Origin: a virus
Reading direction: 5' to 3' (one strand)
DNA length: 61,754 nucleotides
IMG/VR virus record: IMGVR_UViG_3300044983_000045
Location: 1-61,754 of that record
Shown: piece by piece, positions 53,258-61,165 of the stretch
Layout of the letters: every line of letters starts with the position of its first letter
Numbering within the stretch: position 1 is the first letter of the stretch
Made by a program: the position numbers and the translations under genes
The notes under the pieces: generated by a model
Databases searched by the model: none
What the model was told of the DNA's origin: nothing
The model's input: the letters and a program-made list of their open reading frames with translations, nothing else

Positions 53258-53551
53258 ATGTCTGAATCCCTCACCCAAGAGATTACCCATCGCACCGGGA
53301 AGCGCAACGACATCATCGCGCTGTTCCAGTCCAAGCCGTTGCAATGGATCGGTGTCCACGAACTCGCGCATGTCGGCGGCTTCGCCTCCTGGCGGACACG
53401 GGTGAGTGAAGCTCGTCAAGTGATCGAAAAAGAGGGCGGATCGCTGAAGTGGAACGAGGACTGCCGGGAGTCAGCCTACATGTTCCTGCCGTACGTTCCG
53501 GTCGCTCGTGCGGCGGATGTTCAGCCTCCCGACCAACCGGCGCTGTTTTAA
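53258..53551 (+). CDS. Hypothetical (winged-helix-like) protein
   Basis: 97 aa. NDIIALFQSKPLQWIGVHELAHVGGFASWRTRVSEARQVIEKEGGSL. Confidence 0.5.
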   Translation: MSESLTQEITHRTGKRNDIIALFQSKPLQWIGVHELAHVGGFASWRTRVSEARQVIEKEGGSLKWNEDCRESAYMFLPYVPVARAADVQPPDQPALF

Positions 53552-53654
53552 GGCTGAAATGCTGAGTGTTTCTGGTAAAATGAGCGGAGTCAGCGAGTGT
53601 GTTCAGCACGCGCTGACCCCTAACCACAATCCCGACACTGGAGGTGTCGCGGTC

Positions 53655-54206
53655 ATGGCTGAAGTTCATTCTATCAGGCGTGTCAGCGTTCGGACTCGCT
53701 TCGAGATTTTCAAGCGCGACAAGTTCACCTGTCGCTACTGTGGTCGCACGTCGCCGGCCGTCGTGCTCGAGATCGACCACATCGTTCCGATCTGTGAAGG
53801 TGGGACGGACGATCCGATCAATCTGGCGGCGTCGTGTTGGGAATGCAACCACGGCAAGTCAGGCGTGCCGCTCTCAGAGACGTTGACTGGAGAAGACCCG
53901 CACGATCGCGCGATTCAACTTCTCGAACGTGAACGCCAGCTCCGCGAGTACAACGCCGTTCTCGCTGAGGCGCGTGAGCGCCGTCTAGACGATGCCTGGG
54001 AACTTATTCGCTACTGGATGAACGACGAGAAGTGCTGCACGTTTAATCGGTCTGAACTCTCGTGGTTGGTGAGCACGCTGGAGTGGTTGCCGTTGGAAAC
54101 CATTCGCGCTTTCATGGATTCCGCGATTCGTGCCGACGCGATTAAGGACTTGCGCTACGTCAAGGGCTGCGTTCGCAACTTTAGAGGCGCCCAAGGGAAT
54201 GGCTAG
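53655..54206 (+). CDS. HNH endonuclease with C-terminal helical domain
   Basis: GGAGGTG lies 10 nt upstream of ATG 53655. RFEIFKRDKFTCRYCGR...LEIDHIVPICEGGTDDPINLAASCWECNHGK. Confidence 0.8.
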   Translation: MAEVHSIRRVSVRTRFEIFKRDKFTCRYCGRTSPAVVLEIDHIVPICEGGTDDPINLAASCWECNHGKSGVPLSETLTGEDPHDRAIQLLERERQLREYNAVLAEARERRLDDAWELIRYWMNDEKCCTFNRSELSWLVSTLEWLPLETIRAFMDSAIRADAIKDLRYVKGCVRNFRGAQGNG

Positions 54207-54873
54207 GATTCGGATGATCAAGCCTGAATTCTTCGACGATCCTGATGTGGCTGACGTATCGCTGGCCGCACGTCTCTGCTTCATTGGGCTGTGGACCCAA
54301 GCCGACCGAGAAGGGCGTCTTGTGGACGACCAGCGCCGGTTGAAGGTGCGTCTGTTCCCTTACGACGACGTAGAAATTGCCGACCTATTAGACGAACTCG
54401 TCGCGAAAGGCATGGTCATCAGTTACCGCGGCGACGATGGACGCGATTACTTGTTCATTCGGAAGTTCTCAAAGCATCAACGCCCGCATCCTAAAGAGCC
54501 GGCGTCAGTTATACCAGTACCACCTAGTAAGACCGTGGCCAGTAACGGCGAGCCGTGTAAAAACATTTCCGACCCGTCGGAATCTGGAGTCTTGAGTCTT
54601 GAGTCTGGGACACGGAATCTGGATCAAAAAGATAAAGCAGCGGCGAGGACGCCGCGTCCGTCCGCTTCGCGTTCGGAGCCGCCGACGGAGAACTTTCGGA
54701 TCATCACGAAGATCGCGCATGAAGCGATCGACATCGAAGGCATCGACGCAGACCTGGGGCAACTCGCGGACGCCGTCAAGAGCCTCTGTGCGATTCGGTC
54801 GATCACCTACAACAGCGACGTGGTTCGGAAGGCTGTCGATTCAGCGCTCGCGCAACGGCGGAAAGCCTCATGA
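54199..54873 (+). CDS. Putative replication-organiser / winged-helix DNA-binding protein
   Basis: IKPEFFDDPDVADVSLAARLCFIGLWTQADREGRL...RLFPYDD...FIRKFSKHQRPH is an N-terminal pattern common in phage replication-region proteins. Function tentative. Confidence 0.35.
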   Translation: MARIRMIKPEFFDDPDVADVSLAARLCFIGLWTQADREGRLVDDQRRLKVRLFPYDDVEIADLLDELVAKGMVISYRGDDGRDYLFIRKFSKHQRPHPKEPASVIPVPPSKTVASNGEPCKNISDPSESGVLSLESGTRNLDQKDKAAARTPRPSASRSEPPTENFRIITKIAHEAIDIEGIDADLGQLADAVKSLCAIRSITYNSDVVRKAVDSALAQRRKAS

Positions 54874-54907
54874 CGGTGGAGCGGTGTGAAGCCTTGGAGC
54901 GCCAAAA

Positions 54908-55108
54908 GTGAAAGATCAGGCCGTGATGTGTGGTTGGCGTTGTCGGAAGTGCGACAAGCAGGGCGAGATGCGCGTATTCAAGTACCGCATGGAGACAGAC
55001 GTTCAGGCGGCTGACCGGATGGCGCGGCAGACGCGCGAGAGGTGCGTGACTGGCTGCGTGTTCAAAGCCGAACCGAAGGGGTGTGAAGCCTTGGAGCGTG
55101 AGCAGTGA
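54908..55108 (+). CDS. Small Cys-rich protein
   Basis: 66 aa. CGWRCRKCDKQG...C..GC. Flanked by 19-nt direct repeats (see findings). Confidence 0.45.
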   Translation: MKDQAVMCGWRCRKCDKQGEMRVFKYRMETDVQAADRMARQTRERCVTGCVFKAEPKGCEALEREQ

Positions 55109-55320
55109 ATAATTCGTACACGCTGAATTCACTGGCGCAATACCTTGGTTGGGGCAATCAGATGTCCGACGAGGCGATCTGGAACTTCGCGATTAAGCGA
55201 GAGCACACGTTGCGAATGGCTCAGAACGCGCTCGAAACACACCTGAGCGATGCGGCCACAGCGGAAGAGGCGTTGCTGGATAGGATCAATTTATTGAAAG
55301 CTGAGCGGTCTACCTCGTGA
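55105..55320 (+). CDS. Hypothetical small protein
   Basis: 71-aa ORF with a GTG start overlapping the upstream TGA. Confidence 0.45.
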   Translation: MNNSYTLNSLAQYLGWGNQMSDEAIWNFAIKREHTLRMAQNALETHLSDAATAEEALLDRINLLKAERSTS

Positions 55321-55505
55321 CGCGTAAGCATGTCCGCGAACGCCAGCAGCGCAACCGCGAGCTCGGGAAGCGAGACCGTGAAGCGCGGTGTCCTGAGTGC
55401 TGGCTACCGCGTGAACGGAACTGTTTTTACGCGCCTTGGTGCTCGCGTCGATGCCAATTGGACGCTGAGGAATACCAGGCCAAGTTGAACGAGGCTAGAC
55501 GCTGA
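55317..55505 (+). CDS. Small zinc-finger protein
   Basis: 62 aa. CPECW.....C....WCSRRC. Confidence 0.45.
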   Translation: MTRKHVRERQQRNRELGKRDREARCPECWLPRERNCFYAPWCSRRCQLDAEEYQAKLNEARR

Positions 55506-55867
55506 TGAGACTGCCCATCGTGACCCGAGAACATGCCATCCACGAAGACGCCAGAGCACATAACGAAGCGCTCTATACCGCCTTTCTCGCAGGGGAATCC
55601 ATTGCGGTTCCTGTTACGCCAGAGTCTGTGCATCAGGTGCAACTGAAAGAGTCTGGGGACTATCGACGGTTTTGGTTAGCGCGAGGGTTTCGGATTCGGA
55701 CGAAACGGAATCGGGAGGCGACGGTGTTGGCGGTGTGGTTGGAACAGATTGCGTCATTGCCCAAGGCGAGTGCAACGCAGGTGCATGATGAACGACGGTG
55801 CGTGACACGGATGCACCGGATGAACCAGTTGATTGCCCTCGATCTCTCCCCAGAAGGACGCGCCTAG
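55505..55867 (+). CDS. Hypothetical protein
   Basis: 120-aa ORF; the ATG overlaps the upstream TGA. Confidence 0.5.
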   Translation: MRLPIVTREHAIHEDARAHNEALYTAFLAGESIAVPVTPESVHQVQLKESGDYRRFWLARGFRIRTKRNREATVLAVWLEQIASLPKASATQVHDERRCVTRMHRMNQLIALDLSPEGRA

Positions 55868-55871
55868 TTCC

Positions 55872-56135
55872 ATGAGCCTCAAACGGTATGCCGCTCGCCG
55901 CGACGAAACCGAAGCCGGGATCGTCAAAGCCCTCCGGCAAGTCGGCGCGCATGTCCTCCGGTTGGACCTGTTCGATCTGTTGGTCCTGTATCGGGGCAAA
56001 GTGTTCATGTTGGACGCCAAGACCGCTAAAGGGCGGGCGACGTTGGCTCAGGAAGCGATGATCGCTGCGGGCTGGCCCCTGACGTATGTCCGAGACGAGA
56101 TCGCCGCTCTCAGGGCTATTGGAGCCGTACGCTGA
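55872..56135 (+). CDS. VRR-NUC / PD-(D/E)xK-type nuclease (resolvase-like)
   Basis: 87 aa. ETEAGIVKALRQVGAHVLRL...DLLVLYRGKVFMLDAKTAKGRATLAQ fits the E...D...(D/E)xK pattern of VRR-NUC. Confidence 0.55.
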   Translation: MSLKRYAARRDETEAGIVKALRQVGAHVLRLDLFDLLVLYRGKVFMLDAKTAKGRATLAQEAMIAAGWPLTYVRDEIAALRAIGAVR

Positions 56136-56362
56136 TGGCGAAGCCGAGCCTGTTCAATGAAGTCCCGCAGATTCCCGATACGGTACGGGATGAGGCGATC
56201 ACGGTCCCGGCCGGCGAGACGGCGTACTGGCTGCTGTTGGACGACGCGACCGTGGAACTCCTGGCGCAAGGGATCTGCTCTGAAGAATTGGCGCGGCGCG
56301 CGTTCGGTATGACCGACTGGAAGCGTGAACATTATCGCAACGAAGCGCGAAGGGTGGGGTAG
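56135..56362 (+). CDS. Hypothetical small protein
   Basis: 75-aa ORF coupled by ATGA. Confidence 0.45.
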   Translation: MAKPSLFNEVPQIPDTVRDEAITVPAGETAYWLLLDDATVELLAQGICSEELARRAFGMTDWKREHYRNEARRVG

Positions 56363-56369
56363 GGGGTTC

Positions 56370-56927
56370 ATGGCTGACCAACGGTTTCAGAAGTTGATCC
56401 AAACGTGGCTGGAGAAGGCGGCCACCGCGCGGCGACTCGCGGCTGAAGCAGACAAGGCTCCCGATCCGGCCGGCAATGCCCACGCCTTTCTCAAAGAGGC
56501 GCGCGTGCGAATCGAACAAGCCATAGAACTCGAAGCGATGCTGGCCTCTCCTGGCTCAGTCCAGTGGGCACGCGAACAGATCCATCAACAACTCAGAGAC
56601 GTGCGAGCCCGGTTGACGGCCACACAGGAAGGCGAAGATTACGATCGTGGGGTCTGCGATGCCTGTAACGAGGCGATCGAACAGTTCAACACCTCTCCTG
56701 GCTCAGTCTCGGATCAGGGGGAGAAGAGGCCGCAGATCAGGCGCTTGGTCTGCAAAAAGTGCGGCCTGGACATCGACGGCACGCTATGTAGCTACGGCTG
56801 CGATCTGGATTTCAAGAGCAGATCAGAGCGACCGCTTGCCGAGATGGAAGTTCGCATCTACGAATTCTTGAGAGCTGAACCCCTCCCTGCGTCTCCTGTC
56901 TCGCCAGCCCAACTGAAGGAGAAGTAA
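56370..56927 (+). CDS. Hypothetical protein (helical N-terminus, Cys-rich C-terminus)
   Basis: 185 aa. CDACN...CKKCG...CSYGC. Ends in the Pro-rich tail PASPVSPAQLKEK. Confidence 0.5.
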   Translation: MADQRFQKLIQTWLEKAATARRLAAEADKAPDPAGNAHAFLKEARVRIEQAIELEAMLASPGSVQWAREQIHQQLRDVRARLTATQEGEDYDRGVCDACNEAIEQFNTSPGSVSDQGEKRPQIRRLVCKKCGLDIDGTLCSYGCDLDFKSRSERPLAEMEVRIYEFLRAEPLPASPVSPAQLKEK

Positions 56928-56930
56928 ATC

Positions 56931-57179
56931 GTGGGAACCAAACTGAAGCCGGGGAAGTTCGACTGCTACGAGAACGCGGCACCAGACGAGCCGATGTTCG
57001 TGCTGTTAGCCCGCGATCCAATGGCGCCAGTCCTTGTCAGGCTGTGGGCCGATCTGCGCGAGCACGCGGCTGGTAATCCGTCGAAGGTGTTCGAAGCGCG
57101 GACGTGCGCGATCGACATGGAAGAATGGCGCCAGAAGCAAATCCGGCCTGTCTCGCCAGCCCAAGGGGAGCCGAAATGA
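56931..57179 (+). CDS. Hypothetical conserved-looking small protein
   Basis: GAAGGAG upstream of the GTG. GKFDCYENAAPDEPMFVLLARDPMAPVLVRLWA. Ends in RPVSPAQGEPK. Confidence 0.5.
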   Translation: MGTKLKPGKFDCYENAAPDEPMFVLLARDPMAPVLVRLWADLREHAAGNPSKVFEARTCAIDMEEWRQKQIRPVSPAQGEPK

Positions 57180-57382
57180 GATCAAGCGCAGCTACCGATC
57201 GAGAAGTTGAGCGTATTCGTAATGTGCTCGGCACGTTGATTTCGTGGATGGCTGGTTCTGCGAACAGTCCTATCTCTCGGTCTGAAGCTGAGAAACTGTT
57301 AGCAAAACTTCAGGAGCCCTCGGAGCCACGTCGAATGACTAAGCCTCAGATGGCTGCTAGGCGGCGCGAAGATTCTGTCTGA
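57176..57382 (+). CDS. Hypothetical small protein
   Basis: 68 aa. AGGGGAG upstream; ATG 57176 overlaps the upstream TGA. Confidence 0.45.
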   Translation: MRSSAATDREVERIRNVLGTLISWMAGSANSPISRSEAEKLLAKLQEPSEPRRMTKPQMAARRREDSV

Positions 57383-57499
57383 AATATCCAGCCCAAGGGG
57401 AGCCACAGAAGACGTAGCCACAAGAAGACAAGAAGAAGATTTATACGCGCCCTCGGAAAGCATGACGACTCAGGTACCGCGATTGCGAACGGGTGATTA

Positions 57500-58480
57500 A
57501 TGGCGCTGACAGTCGGATCGTTGTTCGCAGGAATCGGCGGGTTCGACTTGGGCTTTGAGCGTGCGGGTTTCGAGATTCGGTGGCAGGTTGAGATTGACCC
57601 GTTTTGTCGGGAAGTGCTGGCGAAGCACTGGCCTGACGTGAGGCGTTACGAAGATGTTCGATCCTGTCGCGGTGTGGCTCGAGCGGCATACGGGAAAGAC
57701 TGCGGACCTAGCCACGGACCAGAAAGCGACGTTTGGGAAGATCGCGGATGGACTACGCCCGATGGAGTGGAGCCGGCCAATCGGCCGCACCAACTCTCAG
57801 GCGTCGATGTCATCGTCGGCGGATTCCCCTGCCAGGACATCAGCAGCGCCGGCGCCAAGGCAGGAATAGATGGAGCGCAGTCGGGTCTTTGGTCGGAGAT
57901 GTTCAGATTGGTTCGCGAGATTCGACCCGCCTACCTCGTTGTGGAGAACGTCGCAGACCTCCTTGCTCGGGGACTCGGACGTGTTCTTAGCGATCTGGCC
58001 TCGGTCGGGTATGACGCGGAATGGGACTGCATTCAGGCTGCAGCCATTGGCGCGCCGCATGGCCGTGACCGTCTCTGGCTCATCGCTTATCCCAACACCG
58101 ACGAAGGGCGATGCGAAATCTGCGGCCAATGCCACGGCTCGGCGTCACAAAACGCCGCCGACGGGCATTCACGCCGGCATGACCCTGACCGACTTCGTGC
58201 GAATCTACCCGACGCCGCAAGCGAGACAGAAACAGAACGGGCGCGGCGGCGGCAGGGGAGCCGGCTCAATTTCGAGGGGTGGCGGGTTGATGCTCGACAA
58301 CGTGCTGGGTGGGAAACCGAACCCGATGTTTGTCGAGTGGCTGATGGGGTATGCCCTGGGTTGGACAATGCTCGACTCGCTGCGTTGGGAAACTCTATCG
58401 TCCCGCAGATCGCGGAGTTTCTCGCGCGTCGCATCCTCGAAGCGGAAACCGTAGCAGCGACGGAAGTTACCCGTGCATGA
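57500..58480 (+). CDS. DNA (cytosine-5)-methyltransferase, copy 2
   Basis: Motif I LFAGIGGF, motif IV GGFPCQDIS, motif VI LVVENV, motif VIII GAPHGRDRLWLIA, motif X LGNSIVPQIA, all in one 326-codon frame. The middle (58090-58330) is Arg-rich and low-complexity in this frame. Confidence 0.75.
   Translation: MALTVGSLFAGIGGFDLGFERAGFEIRWQVEIDPFCREVLAKHWPDVRRYEDVRSCRGVARAAYGKDCGPSHGPESDVWEDRGWTTPDGVEPANRPHQLSGVDVIVGGFPCQDISSAGAKAGIDGAQSGLWSEMFRLVREIRPAYLVVENVADLLARGLGRVLSDLASVGYDAEWDCIQAAAIGAPHGRDRLWLIAYPNTDEGRCEICGQCHGSASQNAADGHSRRHDPDRLRANLPDAASETETERARRRQGSRLNFEGWRVDARQRAGWETEPDVCRVADGVCPGLDNARLAALGNSIVPQIAEFLARRILEAETVAATEVTRA
57870..58454 (+). CDS. Nested +1-frame ORF inside methyltransferase gene 2 (PTP-motif / ...NPMFVEWLMGY..GWT protein; coding status unresolved)
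   Basis: 194-codon ORF: ...SLWRTSQTSLL...IWPRSGMTRNGTAFRLQPL...SSLIPTPTKGD...IYPTPQARQ...NPMFVEWLMGYALGWT. The same frame is also open at 57654-57869, separated by one TAG. Confidence 0.4.
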   Translation: MERSRVFGRRCSDWFARFDPPTSLWRTSQTSLLGDSDVFLAIWPRSGMTRNGTAFRLQPLARRMAVTVSGSSLIPTPTKGDAKSAANATARRHKTPPTGIHAGMTLTDFVRIYPTPQARQKQNGRGGGRGAGSISRGGGLMLDNVLGGKPNPMFVEWLMGYALGWTMLDSLRWETLSSRRSRSFSRVASSKRKP

Positions 58481-58589
58481 TCTTCGCGTGTTGCTGGACG
58501 GCAGTGTCGGTGATATACGCGAATAAATCTTCTCGTTCTTTAGCTTTTCTGAGGTATTTATGACTGATCTCGCGCTGGACGGATAGAAG

Positions 58590-58919
58590 ATGAACAAGCT
58601 GATTGCCGACAACCCGCCGAACGATGGTCGTGACTGGGACTGTCAGTGCGCGCGCTGCGGATCTTCGTGCGTGTCTGAAACGTGTGATACCTGCGGCGGG
58701 ACCGGGGTTAACGATTGGGGCGAGGACGATTGGGACTACGGCGGGCCGCAAGCCTGCGATATTTGCGAAGGCGGTGGAGGATGGATGCACTGCTGTTCGT
58801 CTCTAGACTGGTGTGAGGCGCATCCCATTGAGGGGCGAGAGAACACCGGACGCGGCGCTATTGAGTGGTTTGCATTCGACGATGAACCACAGGCCGACGA
58901 CGCGGTAGGTCAGCGTTGA
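58590..58919 (+). CDS. Cys-rich protein with DnaJ-type CxxCxGxG zinc-finger motifs
   Basis: CQCARCGSSC..ETCDTCGGTG....CDICEGGGGWMHCC. Confidence 0.55.
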   Translation: MNKLIADNPPNDGRDWDCQCARCGSSCVSETCDTCGGTGVNDWGEDDWDYGGPQACDICEGGGGWMHCCSSLDWCEAHPIEGRENTGRGAIEWFAFDDEPQADDAVGQR

Positions 58920-58980
58920 CTGAACCCCATTTGACCACGCGCGAAGACTCATCGTCGTGCTTTCGTGTTCAGAGGTATCT

Positions 58981-59574
58981 ATGACTGATCTCGCTCTGGA
59001 CGGAGAGGGAAGGAAGAAACTGGTAGCCAAAGCTACTGAATGGCTGTCGGTGGGCGGGTTCTGGAATCCAGAGATGATGTCAACTCGTCAAATGGCGGAC
59101 CTGATCATGGAACTTCGGGACGCGCTGAAGGCCGTCTGCGACGCGTCGCAACTTGCTGGTCTGGACGGAGAGGGAAGGCTACAAGAGCGAATCGATCGCT
59201 TTCTAGCCAGCAAGGCATGTAGTCGGAATCCTGGTTGCCCGTGGGACGATCGCGCTGACCGTCTGTGCTATCAGTGCGAAGCGCGCGAACTCATCACGCT
59301 GCTATCGGCGCTCTCAGTGCCCGCAGCGCCACCAAGGTCGGAACAGTTTCAGCGTGTGTTGCAGGAGATGGAAGGCGCGGCAGGCCAGTATGGGCTCGGC
59401 GAGACACTGGCGGTCGCGTTGCACAGTTGGGTGCGTCAACTGGAATCACTCACGGTCGCCCCGCCACCGCAGGAAGGCTTCTGCGATTGTCGTTTATTAC
59501 CACCGACGGTTTGTGCTTTGTGCCATCGTCCGAAACAGCCAACGGTCGCGCCGCCACCGCAGGAGCAGTCCTGA
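58981..59574 (+). CDS. Hypothetical protein
   Basis: ATG 58981 follows AGAGG. Internal repeats: LDGEGR twice and TVAPPPQE twice. Confidence 0.5.
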   Translation: MTDLALDGEGRKKLVAKATEWLSVGGFWNPEMMSTRQMADLIMELRDALKAVCDASQLAGLDGEGRLQERIDRFLASKACSRNPGCPWDDRADRLCYQCEARELITLLSALSVPAAPPRSEQFQRVLQEMEGAAGQYGLGETLAVALHSWVRQLESLTVAPPPQEGFCDCRLLPPTVCALCHRPKQPTVAPPPQEQS

Positions 59575-59810
59575 TGAACTTAGATGACGACGATCCGAGT
59601 GTGCTGGGTGCGGGCGATGGTCCATCACCTGTGCCGACGATGGCAGAGGGTGAGAGGGTTTGGAAAGCCGCATACGTGGCTCAGATGATCTTTCGCGGCA
59701 TTCACGTTGATGACGCGCAAGCGTGCTGCAACGCAGGCAGTGTGGACTTGTCATGCGATCCAGCCGAAGCCGCTGACGACGAGTTGGAATATTGGAGCAA
59801 CGATGAGTAG
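59574..59810 (+). CDS. Hypothetical acidic small protein
   Basis: 78 aa. ATG 59574 overlaps the upstream TGA. Confidence 0.45.
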   Translation: MNLDDDDPSVLGAGDGPSPVPTMAEGERVWKAAYVAQMIFRGIHVDDAQACCNAGSVDLSCDPAEAADDELEYWSNDE

Positions 59811-59849
59811 GCCCGCGCCACCGCAGGAGCAGCCGCAGGAGACACCGAA

Positions 59850-60038
59850 ATGAGCGCCTGTAGTCATGTCTGGATCGATCCGACGGTGCCGCCGATTCAG
59901 CGGGCGCCAGTCTCGCCGATTATCGGAACGGGTTCACGCCAGATGCAAGTAGGCACAACCTATATATGCCTAAACTGTAACGCTTCGATCACACCGAAGC
60001 CTCCTGTCTCTGCCCCTCCCGTGCCAAAAGGGGGCTAG
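59850..60038 (+). CDS. Hypothetical small protein
   Basis: GCAGGAG upstream. 62 aa. Ends in SAPPVPKGG. Confidence 0.45.
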   Translation: MSACSHVWIDPTVPPIQRAPVSPIIGTGSRQMQVGTTYICLNCNASITPKPPVSAPPVPKGG

Positions 60039-60042
60039 GCCG

Positions 60043-60240
60043 ATGAAGTCGAGTTGGAGTCATTGTCACGCAGGTATTACTGAGCGAAAGGGCCGGTTCT
60101 ATTTCGATGTCGGTATTGAATACGACACATTGTTCAGCATCGAAATAGATGAATTACAGGTCGCACAGATTTTACTTCGAGGCGCTGAAGCCGATCTTCG
60201 GTCGGCTGCCGCCCCTCCCGTGCCACAGGAGAAACCGTGA
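60043..60240 (+). CDS. Hypothetical small protein
   Basis: AAGGGGG upstream. 65 aa. Ends in AAPPVPQEKP. Confidence 0.45.
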   Translation: MKSSWSHCHAGITERKGRFYFDVGIEYDTLFSIEIDELQVAQILLRGAEADLRSAAAPPVPQEKP

Positions 60241-60542
60241 AGACGAAAGACACGATCACGGTGAAGCCAATGAACGGCGTCAGGGGAATCTACTTTGCCG
60301 TATCGGTTGGGTATGCCCCGATGGGAACCGTCGAAAAACGCTCTGATGGTTATCTGCCGCAAGGTCGCCGGAAGACAGTCGCGACGTTGGAAGAAGCCGC
60401 TCTAGAAACAGTGTGGACGCGAGTCAGACATTCACTCAAAGACGCTGCGGATTGGTCACGGTTGGTGAATGACCGTAAGTTGGATTTGTCGCCCTGTGAT
60501 CTGCTGTCGGCCTCTCCCGTAGACGAGAAGGCACAACTATGA
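60237..60542 (+). CDS. Hypothetical protein
   Basis: AGGAGA upstream of the GTG, which overlaps the upstream TGA. 101 aa. Confidence 0.5.
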   Translation: MKTKDTITVKPMNGVRGIYFAVSVGYAPMGTVEKRSDGYLPQGRRKTVATLEEAALETVWTRVRHSLKDAADWSRLVNDRKLDLSPCDLLSASPVDEKAQL

Positions 60543-60660
60543 GCCTTCCACATGGCCATATCGTGTTTGCGTTGGCAGCGCTCTGGTTGGTGCTGAGGCG
60601 ACGAACTAGGCGAAATAGAAGGCGTTATTGATGGCGGCCGTCCCAGGAAAGGAAGCGTAG

Positions 60661-60927
60661 ATGAGCGCGCGACAGCAACAAGACAACGACGCTGGTGTTC
60701 GCAGGTTTGCTCTCTTCCTCGGCTTAGGCATGGTGTTTACCTGCTGTGTGTCATTGAGTGCGATGCGCGAATCATGGTCACTGCAATCGCTCGAATTCGC
60801 CCTTAGTATGATGGGGGTTCTTTTCTCTGTCCCGATGGGATTACTGCTGTTCTTCCTCGCTACCGACGAGCCAAGACAGCGGCAGAAGTCTTCATCGTCT
60901 GACGTTGCGAGTGCGGATGGCCACTGA
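60661..60927 (+). CDS. Two-TM membrane protein
   Basis: FALFLGLGMVFTCCVSL and MMGVLFSVPMGLLLFFL. Confidence 0.5.
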   Translation: MSARQQQDNDAGVRRFALFLGLGMVFTCCVSLSAMRESWSLQSLEFALSMMGVLFSVPMGLLLFFLATDEPRQRQKSSSSDVASADGH

Positions 60928-61165
60928 TCGTCGCCAGCCGCCGGACGAACGCGCAGAGGCCGAGGCCCATCTAGCCGAAGCTGATCGCGAGCTCGCCCGC
61001 TGTCGCGTGCTCCTGAGTCCGTCAACGATTGCCAAGCGGTTAGGCGTTCACGTCGAAACGGTCCGCGGCTGGATCCGTGACGACAAGATCGAGTATGTGC
61101 GATTGCCAAACGGCTACTACAAAGTCAGCGGCGCGACGTTAGACCATCTGCTCTCAGCGAAATAA
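60917..61165 (+). CDS. Excisionase-family HTH DNA-binding protein
   Basis: LSPSTIAKRLGVHVETVRGWIRDDKIEYVRLPNGYYKVSGATLDHLL is a typical excisionase/MerR-like winged HTH. Confidence 0.6.
   Translation: MATDRRQPPDERAEAEAHLAEADRELARCRVLLSPSTIAKRLGVHVETVRGWIRDDKIEYVRLPNGYYKVSGATLDHLLSAK

Noticed and set aside
57654-57869. Separate 71-aa ORF in frame B upstream of the nested ORF in methyltransferase gene 2
   Set aside because: It lies wholly inside the methyltransferase frame-A coding region and has no independent start signal. It is noted only as a continuation of the open +1 frame, interrupted by one TAG.
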